DNA from: an uncultured Gemmatimonadales bacterium
Lineage (GTDB): Bacteria; Gemmatimonadota; Gemmatimonadetes; Palauibacterales; Palauibacteraceae
Direction: 5' to 3'
DNA length: 64,000 nt
Assembly (NCBI GenBank): GCA_963783385.1
Contig: CAWANJ010000009.1
Location: forward strand, 544,001-608,000
The notes beneath the pieces are model-generated. The model worked only from the letters and a program-made list of their open reading frames with translations. It ran no database searches and was not told where the DNA came from. This document shows positions 1-9,202 of this stretch, piece after piece (position 1 is the first letter of the stretch; every line of letters begins with the position of its first letter). The position numbers and the translations under genes were made by a program.

Positions 1-1205
1 GTCCTGGACGCCGACGGGCAATCCCGGCAGGTCACGCTCGAGCCGCCCCCGGGGCGTTCGGACCGTTCGGTGGGGGTCACGCGGGTGCCCGACGGCATCA
101 CAGACCGCATCGATGAGCTCTGCCAATATATTCCCACATCAGACTTTAGTAAGGATTACCTGGACCTTCTTCGAGGAGCGTACGTCCCCTCCAGGACCCT
201 GGGGGAGGCGTTCACCGAGCTCCTGTCCGGTCTCCTGGCCGACCGGGGCCTCGTGTTCCTCGACTCGGGGGCGAAAGCGGTTCGCTCCGCGGCCGCGCCG
301 CTGTACGCGAGGGTGGTGCAGGAGCGGACGCGGGTGGCCGAGGCGCTGGCGGAGGGGGAAGCCGCGGTGGAGGCGGCGGGCTACGAGGCGCAGCTCCACC
401 GCCGAGCCGGCGGCATTCCGCTGTTCCTGGACACGAGCGCGGGACGCATGAGGCTCCTGGCGGACGGAGAGGGCATCCGGGAGGGCCCGCGCGGCTCCCT
501 CCGCAGCGAGGCCGAGGTGCTGGCGACCCTCGAGTCGGACCCGGATCGCTTCAGCCCCAACGTCGCGCTGCGGCCGGTGCTGGAATCGTGGCTCCTTCCC
601 GTCGCGGCGACCATCCTCGGACCGTCCGAGCTCGCCTATTGGGCCGAGCTCCCCCCCTGTTCGAGTGGGCGGAGACGCCCCTGCCGGTCGCGCGGCCCCG
701 CCCTTCCTGGAACGTGGTCGAGTCGAAAGTCCGCAAGGTCCTCGACAAGCTGGACGTGGAGCCGGAGGCGTTCGCCGACGGCGGCCGCGCTCTGGCGGAC
801 CGCGTGGCCGAAGAGGGCCTCCCCGCGCCCGTGCGGGCCGCCCTCGACGAGGCCCGCCAGGACGTGGGGGCCGCCTTCGGAGCGCTCGAGGAGGCGGTGG
901 AGGCGGAGCTTCCGGGGGTGCGGGCCTCCGTGGGGGCCGCCCGCCATTCCGCGTTCTCGGCGCTCGAAGAGCTGCAGCGGGCGGTTCTGGGCCGGGTTCG
1001 GGAGAGGCAGTCCGTGCTCGTCGAGCAGATCCACAAGGCGGCCCGCCATCTGTATCCGGACGGCAAGCCCCAGGAGCGTGTGGTCAGCCCCTTCTACTTC
1101 CTGGTGCGCTACGGCTCCGCTTTCCTGTCCGCGGTGGGGGAGGCGGCCGACGAGTGGGCCCGCGAGGGGCCGGGCGGCGTTGCCGGTCCGGGGGAAGCCC
1201 GGTAG
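1..1205 (+). CDS. bshC: Bacillithiol biosynthesis cysteine-adding enzyme BshC (5'-truncated; frameshift at C7 run 651-657)
   Basis: Frame is open from base 1 and contains FSPNVALRPVLESWLLPVAATILGPSELAYWAEL. It continues in the 588..1205 frame (LFEW...LYPDGKPQERVVSPFYFL), both BshC-like motifs. Adding one C to the run restores a single ORF. Confidence 0.85.
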
Positions 1206-1208
1206 AAT
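1180..1208 (+). promoter_or_regulatory. Sigma70-type promoter TTGCCG-N17-TAGAAT for the hypothetical-murJ-uvrC operon
   Basis: -35 TTGCCG at 1180-1185, 17-bp spacer, -10 TAGAAT at 1203-1208 (overlaps the bshC TAG stop). Confidence 0.7.
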
Positions 1209-1262
1209 CGGACACGCCGCCGGACATCCGGCCGCCTGTCGCGCATGCACCGGAGCCTCCCG

Positions 1263-1565
1263 ATGTTCGTTTGGGCCCTCGTCATCATCGTGGTCCTCCT
1301 CATCCCGATCCTCGCGATCGTGCTCGACTCCCAGATCGGGAAGGCGATGGCGGAGCGCCTCTCCAGCGGCCGCGTGCCCGACGACGTACAGGCCCGGCTC
1401 GAATCGCTGGAGGGCGAGGTCCGCTACCTGACGGCGACCGTCGAAGAGCTCCGAGAGGAGACGGAGTTCGTGCGCTCGCTCGTCGAGGGCTCCCCCGGGC
1501 GCTCCGACGCGCCGCGCCTGGGATCGCGGCCGTCCGACGAGGGGACGCCGCCCACCGGTGAGTGA
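1263..1565 (+). CDS. Small membrane-anchored coiled-coil hypothetical protein
   Basis: N-terminal TM helix MFVWALVIIVVLLIPILAIVL, then heptad-like LESLEGEVRYLTATVEELREET. GGAG upstream of ATG 1263. Confidence 0.7.
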   Translation: MFVWALVIIVVLLIPILAIVLDSQIGKAMAERLSSGRVPDDVQARLESLEGEVRYLTATVEELREETEFVRSLVEGSPGRSDAPRLGSRPSDEGTPPTGE

Positions 1566-1574
1566 CCCGAGGCC

Positions 1575-3227
1575 GTGACGGCGACCGGAGACCCGGAAAC
1601 CGGCGGCGACCTCTCGTCCGCGAGGCCCGCGGGTCCGGCTTCGTCCTCGGCCGGGGCAGCGCGCTCCACGGCCCGTTCCGCCGTCTCGGTGGCGGGTGGC
1701 ATCCTCGTCAGCCGGATCTCCGGCTTCGGCCGCGACATGGCCATTGCGGCGTTCTTCGGGACCGGGGTGGCAGCCGCGGCCTACAGCGCGGCCCTGCGGA
1801 TCCCGAACACGCTGAGGAACCTCCTCGGCGAGGGCACCCTGTCGGCCTCGTTCGTGCCCGTATACAGCGCCATGCTCGAGCAGGACCCGGAGGCGGCGGA
1901 CCGGCTGGCCCGCAACGTCCTCGGGGTGGTGCTGGGGGTCGCGGCGCTCCTGGCCGCCGCCGGTGTCCTGCTGGCGCCGTGGCTCACCCGGCTCCTGGTG
2001 CCGGGCTCGGGCTGGACGGCGGCCGACACGCGGCTCACGACGTCCCTGGTGCGCATCCTGTTTCCGATGGCTGGCGTCATGATCATCGGGGCCTGGGCGC
2101 TGGGGGTTCTCAACAGCCATCGGCACTTCTTCCTGCCCTTCGTGGCGCCGGTGGCGTGGAACCTCTCGCAGATCGGCGGCCTCCTCCTGGGGAGCTGGCT
2201 CGGCTGGGGCTCTCTGGTGCACGTCCTCGCGTGGTCGACTCTGGTGGGCAGCGGCCTCCAGGTCGGCGTCCAGCTCCCGGAGACCGTGCGCCTGGCGGGG
2301 AAGCTGAGGCCTCGCTTCCAGCCATCGTGGGGGCCGCTTCGGCGCGTGGTGGTCAACGCGGGGCCCGTGATCGCCAGCCAGGGCGTCTTCCAGATCTCCA
2401 GCCTGGTGGACCTCGTTCTGGCCAGCTTCGTGGCGCCGGCCGGCCTGGCCGGCATCTACTACGCTCAGCGGCTGGCCTACCTCCCGCTCAGCCTGGTCGG
2501 GACGTCCGTGGCCACGGCGTCCCTGCCGGAGATGTCGCGGGACACCCGCTCGCACGCCCTGCGCAGGCGCCTGCGGGTGGGCTTCCTCCAGGTGCTCTAC
2601 CTCACGCTGCCCGCCTCGGTGGCTTTCCTGCTGTTCGGGGACCTGATGGTCCGGCTCCTGTTCGAGCGCCACGCGTTCGGAGCCTCGAGCGCCGCCCTCG
2701 TCACCGGCATCCTGATCGCCTTCGCCGTCGGGCTGGTGGCCACGAGCTCCATCAAGCTGTACGCGAGCGGCTTCTATGCGCTCCAGGACACGCGCACGCC
2801 CATGCGGATCGCGATCCTGTCCATGTCGATCGGGATCGCGCTCGGGGCCGGGCTCCTGTTTCTGTTCCGCGGGCGAGGCTGGGGACCGCTCTCGGTGACG
2901 GGGCTCATCCTGGGGGGCTCGGCCGGCGCGTGGCTCAACATGGCCCTCCTGTGGAGCGGGCTGCGCCGCAAACTGGGTCCGATCTTCGAGCCACCCGTCC
3001 TCACGATCGTCGGACGCATCGTTCTCGGCGTTCTGGTGGGAGCCGGGGTCGGAGTCGGGGTCCGTCACCTGCTGGAGGGCCGCCTGCCCGCCCCGGGGCT
3101 CGTCGGGCAGATCCTCGTGCTGGCCGGAACGCTCGGTGCGGCGGGGGTATCATATGCCGCGATCGCTGGAAAGCCGCCCCGAGGCAACGCCGGAGCCCAT
3201 GCCCGCCCAGGAGATGGAGCATCCTGA
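1575..3227 (+). CDS. murJ: Lipid II flippase MurJ (MviN)
   Basis: SRISGFGRD, LRIPNTLRNLLGEGTLSASFVPVY, FYALQDTRTPM motifs. Many TM helices. Confidence 0.95.
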   Translation: MTATGDPETGGDLSSARPAGPASSSAGAARSTARSAVSVAGGILVSRISGFGRDMAIAAFFGTGVAAAAYSAALRIPNTLRNLLGEGTLSASFVPVYSAMLEQDPEAADRLARNVLGVVLGVAALLAAAGVLLAPWLTRLLVPGSGWTAADTRLTTSLVRILFPMAGVMIIGAWALGVLNSHRHFFLPFVAPVAWNLSQIGGLLLGSWLGWGSLVHVLAWSTLVGSGLQVGVQLPETVRLAGKLRPRFQPSWGPLRRVVVNAGPVIASQGVFQISSLVDLVLASFVAPAGLAGIYYAQRLAYLPLSLVGTSVATASLPEMSRDTRSHALRRRLRVGFLQVLYLTLPASVAFLLFGDLMVRLLFERHAFGASSAALVTGILIAFAVGLVATSSIKLYASGFYALQDTRTPMRIAILSMSIGIALGAGLLFLFRGRGWGPLSVTGLILGGSAGAWLNMALLWSGLRRKLGPIFEPPVLTIVGRIVLGVLVGAGVGVGVRHLLEGRLPAPGLVGQILVLAGTLGAAGVSYAAIAGKPPRGNAGAHARPGDGAS

Positions 3228-5097
3228 CGCCCTGCGCGCGCAGGCCGCCGGCCTGCCGACGCGTCCGGGCGTCTACCTGTTCCGGGACGAGGCCGGCGAG
3301 ATCCTCTACGTGGGCAAGGCCAAGTCCCTCCGGTCCCGCGTACGGAGCTACTTCGCCCGCGACGCCGGCCGCTCGCTCAAGATCCGCGAGCTGGTGCGTC
3401 GGTCCCGCCGCATCGAGACCATCGTCCTCGATTCCGAAGCCGAGGCGCTCCTCCTCGAGTGGAATCTCATCAAGGAGCACGCGCCCCACTTCAACGTCCG
3501 GCTCCGGGACGACAAGAGCTACCCGTACATCAAGGTCACCGTGGGAGAGCCGTTCCCGCGGGTGTTCGTCACCCGCCGGCTCCAGCGGGACGGCTCCCGC
3601 TACTTCGGCCCCTTCACCGACGTGGGGCCGATGCGCAGCGCCCTGCGCACGATCAAGAAGGTGTACCACGTTCGGAGCTGCCGCTACGACATGCCTCGGG
3701 AGATGCCCGAGCGGCCATGCCTGGACTACCACATCGGCCGCTGCAAGGCCCCATGCGCCGGCTACCAGACGCAGGCCGAGTACCGGGCCATGATCGACGA
3801 GATCGTCGATGTCCTGTCGGGCCACACCTCCCCGGTGAAGAAGGCGGTGCGGGAGCGCATGGAAGAGGCGTCCGGTCGGCTCGAGTTCGAGCGAGCTGCC
3901 GAGCTCCGCGACGTCCTCTCGGGCCTCCGGGCGCTGGAGCGCCGCCGGACGGCCGTCGACTTCCGGGGCGGCGACCGGGACGTGCTGGGCGTAGGCCGGG
4001 AGGGAGCCACGGCGTGCGGCGTGCTGCTGCGCGTACGGGAGGGCCGGCTGCTGGGCCGGGAGATCCACTTCCTGCGCAACGTGGAGTCGGAGGAGCTGCC
4101 CGCGCTGGTCGAGGCGCTCGTCAAGGGCTTCTATCTCCGCCGCGAGGACCTGCCCGGCAGCCTCCTGGTGCCGGCCACCTTCGAGGACCTCGAGCTGGTC
4201 GAGGAGTACCTGTCTTTGCGCCGCGACGGGCCGTTCGAGATCCGGGTCCCGCAGCGGGGGACGAGCCGACGCCTGGTGGAGCTCGCCGCCCAGAACGCGG
4301 GCCACGTGCTCGGCCAGGAATCCGGCCGGCCGCGGCCGACGTCCCGGCCGGACGCTGGCCGGGACGCCGGAGAGGGAAGGGCGGCTCCGGCCCCGGCGCG
4401 AGCCCTCCAGAAAGCTCTCGATCTCCCGGCGCCGCCGCGGGCGCTCCTGTGCTTCGACGTCTCCACTCTGCAGGGCTCCGACTCCGTGGGGAGCGCCGTG
4501 TGGCTCCAGGATGGCCGCGCGCGAAAGCAGGAGTACCGGCGCTTCCGCATCCGCGAGTTCCACGACGACCTGCCCGACGACTACGCGATGATGCAGGAAG
4601 TCGTGGGCCGCTATTTCGAGCGACGCGTCCGGGAGGGAAAGGAGCTCCCGGACCTGGTGGTCATCGACGGCGGGAAGGGGCAGCTCGGCGCTGCCCGGCA
4701 GGCCATGGAAGCCGCTGGCGTCTCCGACCTCCCGGTGGTGGCGCTCGCCAAGCGCGAGGAGGAAGTCTTCCGCCCCGACGTGGGCGAGCCCTTGCGCCTC
4801 GAGCGCCGCAGCCCCGCGTTGCACTGGCTGCAGCGGGTGCGGGACGAGGCACACCGCTTCGCGCTGACCTACAACCGTACCCTGCGCCGCCGACGTACCC
4901 TGCGCTCGCGGCTCTCCGAGATCCCGGGGGTCGGCCCGGCGCGCGAGCAGGAGCTGCTCCGCCGTTTCGGGAGCGTCGACGCCGTGAGGGCGGCATCGGC
5001 TGAAGCGCTGGCCGCCACTCCGGGCATCGGGGAGCGTCTGGCGCGGCGTATCCTGACCGAGCTGGAAGCCGGCCGGGAGGAGCCGGTCGGGCCGTGA
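3214..5097 (+). CDS. uvrC: Excinuclease ABC subunit C
   Basis: GIY-YIG PGVYLF...YVGKAKSLRSRV, Cys cluster, RNase H-like CFDVS/IDGGKGQ, C-terminal HhH IPGVGP. Alternative start at 3199. Confidence 0.96.
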   Translation: MEHPDALRAQAAGLPTRPGVYLFRDEAGEILYVGKAKSLRSRVRSYFARDAGRSLKIRELVRRSRRIETIVLDSEAEALLLEWNLIKEHAPHFNVRLRDDKSYPYIKVTVGEPFPRVFVTRRLQRDGSRYFGPFTDVGPMRSALRTIKKVYHVRSCRYDMPREMPERPCLDYHIGRCKAPCAGYQTQAEYRAMIDEIVDVLSGHTSPVKKAVRERMEEASGRLEFERAAELRDVLSGLRALERRRTAVDFRGGDRDVLGVGREGATACGVLLRVREGRLLGREIHFLRNVESEELPALVEALVKGFYLRREDLPGSLLVPATFEDLELVEEYLSLRRDGPFEIRVPQRGTSRRLVELAAQNAGHVLGQESGRPRPTSRPDAGRDAGEGRAAPAPARALQKALDLPAPPRALLCFDVSTLQGSDSVGSAVWLQDGRARKQEYRRFRIREFHDDLPDDYAMMQEVVGRYFERRVREGKELPDLVVIDGGKGQLGAARQAMEAAGVSDLPVVALAKREEEVFRPDVGEPLRLERRSPALHWLQRVRDEAHRFALTYNRTLRRRRTLRSRLSEIPGVGPAREQELLRRFGSVDAVRAASAEALAATPGIGERLARRILTELEAGREEPVGP

Positions 5098-5354
5098 CGG
5101 GAGGACCGCGGGTCGGGGTCGACCACCGGGCCGCGCCGCCCCACGCGGGGCTGTGCGGCGCCTGCGGGCACGCCCGCAAGGTCGTGAGCGACCGCGGGTC
5201 CACCTTCCTCCGGTGCCGACGAGCCGACGGCGACCGGCGCTTCCCCCGCTATCCCCGTCTGCCCGTCCTCCGGTGTGCCGGGTTCGAAGCCGCCCCCGGA
5301 CGGAGCGGGCCACTGGGGGGAGATGCGACCGGCGTGCACGGCGAGGCTCGATGA
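5094..5354 (+). CDS. Small Cys-rich hypothetical protein (C-x2-C-x16-C-x19-C)
   Basis: Start overlaps the uvrC stop (GTGA) and its stop overlaps the gltX start (ATGA). Core GLCGACGHA...FLRC...FPRYPRLPVLRCAGF. Confidence 0.7.
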   Translation: MTGGPRVGVDHRAAPPHAGLCGACGHARKVVSDRGSTFLRCRRADGDRRFPRYPRLPVLRCAGFEAAPGRSGPLGGDATGVHGEAR

Positions 5355-6793
5355 AGGTCCGCACCCGCTTCGCGCCAAGCCCGACCGGAGACCTGCACCT
5401 GGGGAACGCGCGCGTCGCGGTCCTCAACTGGGCCTTCGCCCGTCACCACGAGGGCGCCTTCGTGCTGCGTTTCGAGGACACCGACGTGGATCGGGAGGTG
5501 CGGGGCGCCGGCCGGGCCATCCTCGAGGGCCTCGACTGGCTCGGCCTGGACCGGGACGAAGGCCCGGTGCGCGGCGGTCCGCACGGGCCGTACCGCCAGA
5601 GCCAACGCCTCGCCGTCTACCGGGAACAGGCGGCCCGCCTGGCCTCCGCGGGCACCGCCTATCCCTGCTTCTGCTCGCCGGAGGAGCTCGAGGAGAGACG
5701 CCGGGCCGCGCTCGAGTCCGGGCACTCACCCCGCTACGACGGCCGGTGCAGGGAGCTGGATCCGGCGGCCCGCGAGGCCCTGCGCGCCGAGGGCCGGGTG
5801 CCCAGCCTCCGGTTCGCGGTGGTGCCCGGGCCCGTAGTCTTTCGGGACCGGATCCGCGGCGAGATCGTCATCGATGCCGTGGAGTTCGGAGACTTCGTGA
5901 TTCTCCGCGCCGATGGGCGCCCCACCTACAACTTCGCCGTTGTGGTGGACGACATCGCCATGGACATCACGCACGTGATCCGGGGGGCCGGGCACCTTCC
6001 CAATACGCCCCGGCAATGGCTCCTGTACGAGGCCCTCGGGGCGGCCGCCCCCGAGTTCGTGCACGTGCCCCTGGTGCTGGGCGAGGACAGCAAGCCCCTC
6101 TCCAAGCGAACGGGGGCGCCCGGACTGGGACGTTACCGCGACGAGGGTTACGACGCGGACGCGGTGGTGAACTACCTGTCCCTCCTGTCGTGGTCGAGCC
6201 CATCGGGCGACGAGGTGCTGAGTCGAGGCCGGATCGTGGAGGAGATCGACCTGGACCGCCTCGGCGCCTCGGACGTCACGGTCGATTCGGGCAAGCTGGA
6301 GTGGCTTTCGGGCCAGCACCTGCGCCGGGAGGACCCGCGACGCCTCGCCATGCGGCTGGCGCCGTTCGCGGCCCGGCGGGGGCTCGTGCTCTCCGAGCGG
6401 GACCTCATCGCCGGTGCCACCGTCCTGGCGGAGCGGATGCACACCGTGTCGGGCGGCGCCGACGAGCTCGCGGCCCTCATCGAGCCCCCGGCCAGGAGCG
6501 AGGCGGCGCGGGAGGCCCTGGCCTCCGACGACGCTCCGGCCGCGCTGCGCTCCGCCCTCGAAGCGTGGCGCGAGTGCACGGCGTGGGAGCGCGAGTCGGT
6601 CGGCGCGGCGTTGAACGAGGCGCGCGGGGGGGTGGAAGCGAGCGGCGCCCGCTTCTACCATCCGTTGCGGGCCGCGCTCACCGGAGCCCTGGAGGGGCCG
6701 GACCTGGCGGACGTTGCCTGGGTGCTCGGGCGCGATCGAGTGCTCGAACGCCTCGAGAACGCACTCGAGGAGCAGACCGACGATCAACCTTGA
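5351..6793 (+). CDS. gltX: Glutamate--tRNA ligase
   Basis: VRTRFAPSPTGDLHLGN (HIGH), RFEDTD, CFC...YDGRC Zn motif, PLSKR (KMSKS), C-terminal anticodon domain LRAALTG. Confidence 0.95.
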   Translation: MKVRTRFAPSPTGDLHLGNARVAVLNWAFARHHEGAFVLRFEDTDVDREVRGAGRAILEGLDWLGLDRDEGPVRGGPHGPYRQSQRLAVYREQAARLASAGTAYPCFCSPEELEERRRAALESGHSPRYDGRCRELDPAAREALRAEGRVPSLRFAVVPGPVVFRDRIRGEIVIDAVEFGDFVILRADGRPTYNFAVVVDDIAMDITHVIRGAGHLPNTPRQWLLYEALGAAAPEFVHVPLVLGEDSKPLSKRTGAPGLGRYRDEGYDADAVVNYLSLLSWSSPSGDEVLSRGRIVEEIDLDRLGASDVTVDSGKLEWLSGQHLRREDPRRLAMRLAPFAARRGLVLSERDLIAGATVLAERMHTVSGGADELAALIEPPARSEAAREALASDDAPAALRSALEAWRECTAWERESVGAALNEARGGVEASGARFYHPLRAALTGALEGPDLADVAWVLGRDRVLERLENALEEQTDDQP

Positions 6794-6809
6794 CGAAGGG
6801 ACGAGTGGC

Positions 6810-7958
6810 ATGGGACCGGTGAGGCTGGAGTGCGGCGCGTGTGGCCGGGTGGAGCCGTTCGAGGCCGGCGCCACCGTGTGCGGGGCGTGCGGAAAGCCTC
6901 TGCTCGCGCGCTACGACACGGACGCCCTCGATGGGGGCGAGTTGCGGCGGGCGTGGGCGGAGAGACGCGGTACCGGGATGTGGCGTTTCCGTGAACTCCT
7001 GCCCCTTCGGGTGGACGAGGCCCCGGTCACGCTGGGGGAGGGAGACACGCCCCTGATTCGAACCCGGGAACTGGGCCCGGAGCTCGGCCTCGACCTGCGC
7101 GTCAAGGACGAGACCCGCAATCCTACGGGCAGCTTCAAGGACCGGGGCCTGTCGGCCGCCGTGACGCGTGCGGCCCTGGACGGTCAGCCCGGCTTCGTGG
7201 TTCCGAGCGCGGGGAACGCGGCGGCCGCCCTGTCGGCCTTCGCGGCGCGGGCCGGTCTCCCCGCCCGGGTGTACCTGCCGGCCGACACGCCCGAGGGTGT
7301 GCGGCGGCGCTGCCGGCACTACGGCGCCGAAGTCGAGGAAGTCGACGGCCTCATCACGGACTGCGGACGGGAGGCGGCCGCCTATGCGCGCGAGACCGGG
7401 GCGTTCTCCGTGTCCACGCTCCACGAGCCGTACCGACTCGAGGGCAAAAAGACGATGATGCTCGAGATCGTCGAGGCCGTCGGCTGGAGGGCCCCCGATG
7501 CCATCGTGTATCCCACCGGCGGGGGCACCGGGCTCATCGGGTCATGGAAGGTACTCGGAGAGCTGGTGGCCGCGGGCGTGCTGGAGGAGGCGCCGACCCG
7601 CATGTACGCCGTCCAGAGCGAGGGTTGTGCACCCATGGTCCGTGCCTGGCAGGAGGGTCTCGAGGAGGCCCCGGAGTGGGAGACCGCCAGTACGGTGGCG
7701 TACGGGTTGCGCGTGCCGCGGGCCCTGGGCGACTTCCTGATCCTCCGGGCGATCCGCGAGACGGGCGGTGCCGCGATCGCCGTCTCCGACGAAGCGATGC
7801 AGGCAGCGGCCGACGAGCTGGGATCTCGAGAAGGCATCGACGCCGCCATCGAGGGCGGCGCCACCCTGGCCGCGGCCCGGGCGCTGCGCGAGGCCGGCGA
7901 GCTCGAGGCCGGCGAGACGGTGGTCCTGTTCAACACCGGCAGCCAGCTGGCCTACTGA
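6810..7958 (+). CDS. thrC: Threonine synthase-like PLP enzyme (fold type II) with N-terminal Zn ribbon
   Basis: LGEGDTPL, KDETRNPTGSFKDRG (PLP Lys), SAGNA, YPTGGGTG, LFNTG. Two N-terminal CxxC pairs. Confidence 0.8.
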   Translation: MGPVRLECGACGRVEPFEAGATVCGACGKPLLARYDTDALDGGELRRAWAERRGTGMWRFRELLPLRVDEAPVTLGEGDTPLIRTRELGPELGLDLRVKDETRNPTGSFKDRGLSAAVTRAALDGQPGFVVPSAGNAAAALSAFAARAGLPARVYLPADTPEGVRRRCRHYGAEVEEVDGLITDCGREAAAYARETGAFSVSTLHEPYRLEGKKTMMLEIVEAVGWRAPDAIVYPTGGGTGLIGSWKVLGELVAAGVLEEAPTRMYAVQSEGCAPMVRAWQEGLEEAPEWETASTVAYGLRVPRALGDFLILRAIRETGGAAIAVSDEAMQAAADELGSREGIDAAIEGGATLAAARALREAGELEAGETVVLFNTGSQLAY

Positions 7959-7978
7959 CCTCCGGGGGCGGGAAGCAC

Positions 7979-9202
7979 GTGACCGAGACCGAGAAGCGGG
8001 CCGGGTCCGAGGTGGCCGGCGGTCGGCACGCCGTATTCGATCCCTTCGCCGGCATCAGCGGTGACATGATCCTCGGGGCCTGGATCGACCTCGGGCTCGA
8101 ACCGGAGTGGCTCGAAGACCTGGCGGATCGCCTCGATCTGCGGATGGATCGGCTCGAGGCTCGCCGGGTGATGCGGGCCGGGATCTCGTGCACCCGCGTG
8201 GTGGTGGAGCCGGCCGGGGGCGAGTCGGGCGATCACGGGCGAAGCTGGTCCGAGATCCGTGTCCTGCTCGAGAGAGCCCGCCTGGACGAGGCGGCGCGGC
8301 CCATGGCGCTCGGGGCGTTCGCCCGGCTCGCGGAGGCCGAAGCGCGCGTGCACGGCGTGGCGTCCGAGGAGGTGCACTTTCACGAGGTCGGGGCGGTGGA
8401 CGCCGTCCTGGACGTCTGCGCCGCGGCCGAGGGATTCCACCGGCTGGGCCTGACCGGCGCCAGCACGCGCCCGGTGTGCGTGGGCCGTGGCACCATCCGT
8501 ATCGAGCATGGCAGCTATCCGCTCCCGGCTCCCGCGACGGCATATCTGCTGGAGGGGACCGAGATCCTACCGGTCGGGTATGACGGCGAGTGCACCACCC
8601 CTACAGGGGCCGCACTCCTGGCGGAACTGACGGACGGGCGGCCGGCCCGGGGTGATTTCGTGCTCGAACGCGTCGGATACGGCGCCGGCTCCCGCGACCC
8701 CGAGGACCATCCCAACTGCCTGCGGGTGTGGATCGGACGGGCGCCGGAGCGGGGCGAGTCACTGGTGGTGCTCCAGGCGGATGTGGACGACCTCAGCCCC
8801 GAATACGCCCCCCAGCTGATCGAGGCGTGCGTGACGGCCGGTGCTCTGGACGCGTCGGTGGGGTGGAGGCTCATGAAGAAAGGCCGGCCGGCGTGGCGCC
8901 TGGAGGCACTGGTTCGCGCGCCGGCGCAGCGGGCGGTCGAGGAGGCGATATTCCGGCACTCGACCACCCTGGGGATCCGCGGATGGACCGCCTTCCGCCG
9001 GACGTTGCCACGACGGATGGAGGCGCGGGAGTGGCGCGGACACCGGATACGGGTCAAACTCTGTGCGGCCGCCGACGGCCCGGAGGGACCGTGGACCGGC
9101 AAGCCGGAGCATGATGACGTCGTGGCCGCGGCCGCCAGCGAAGGCATGGCCCCCCGGGCCGTGCTCCGGGCGCTGCACGAGGCCTGGCCGGACCTGGCAT
9201 GA
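7979..9202 (+). CDS. larC: Nickel pincer cofactor biosynthesis protein LarC
   Basis: FDPFAGISGDMILGA, AEARVHG...VHFHEVGAVD, LPAPAT, TTPTGAAL, GYGAG, DVDD, MKKGRP, STTLGIR. Confidence 0.92.
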   Translation: MTETEKRAGSEVAGGRHAVFDPFAGISGDMILGAWIDLGLEPEWLEDLADRLDLRMDRLEARRVMRAGISCTRVVVEPAGGESGDHGRSWSEIRVLLERARLDEAARPMALGAFARLAEAEARVHGVASEEVHFHEVGAVDAVLDVCAAAEGFHRLGLTGASTRPVCVGRGTIRIEHGSYPLPAPATAYLLEGTEILPVGYDGECTTPTGAALLAELTDGRPARGDFVLERVGYGAGSRDPEDHPNCLRVWIGRAPERGESLVVLQADVDDLSPEYAPQLIEACVTAGALDASVGWRLMKKGRPAWRLEALVRAPAQRAVEEAIFRHSTTLGIRGWTAFRRTLPRRMEAREWRGHRIRVKLCAAADGPEGPWTGKPEHDDVVAAAASEGMAPRAVLRALHEAWPDLA

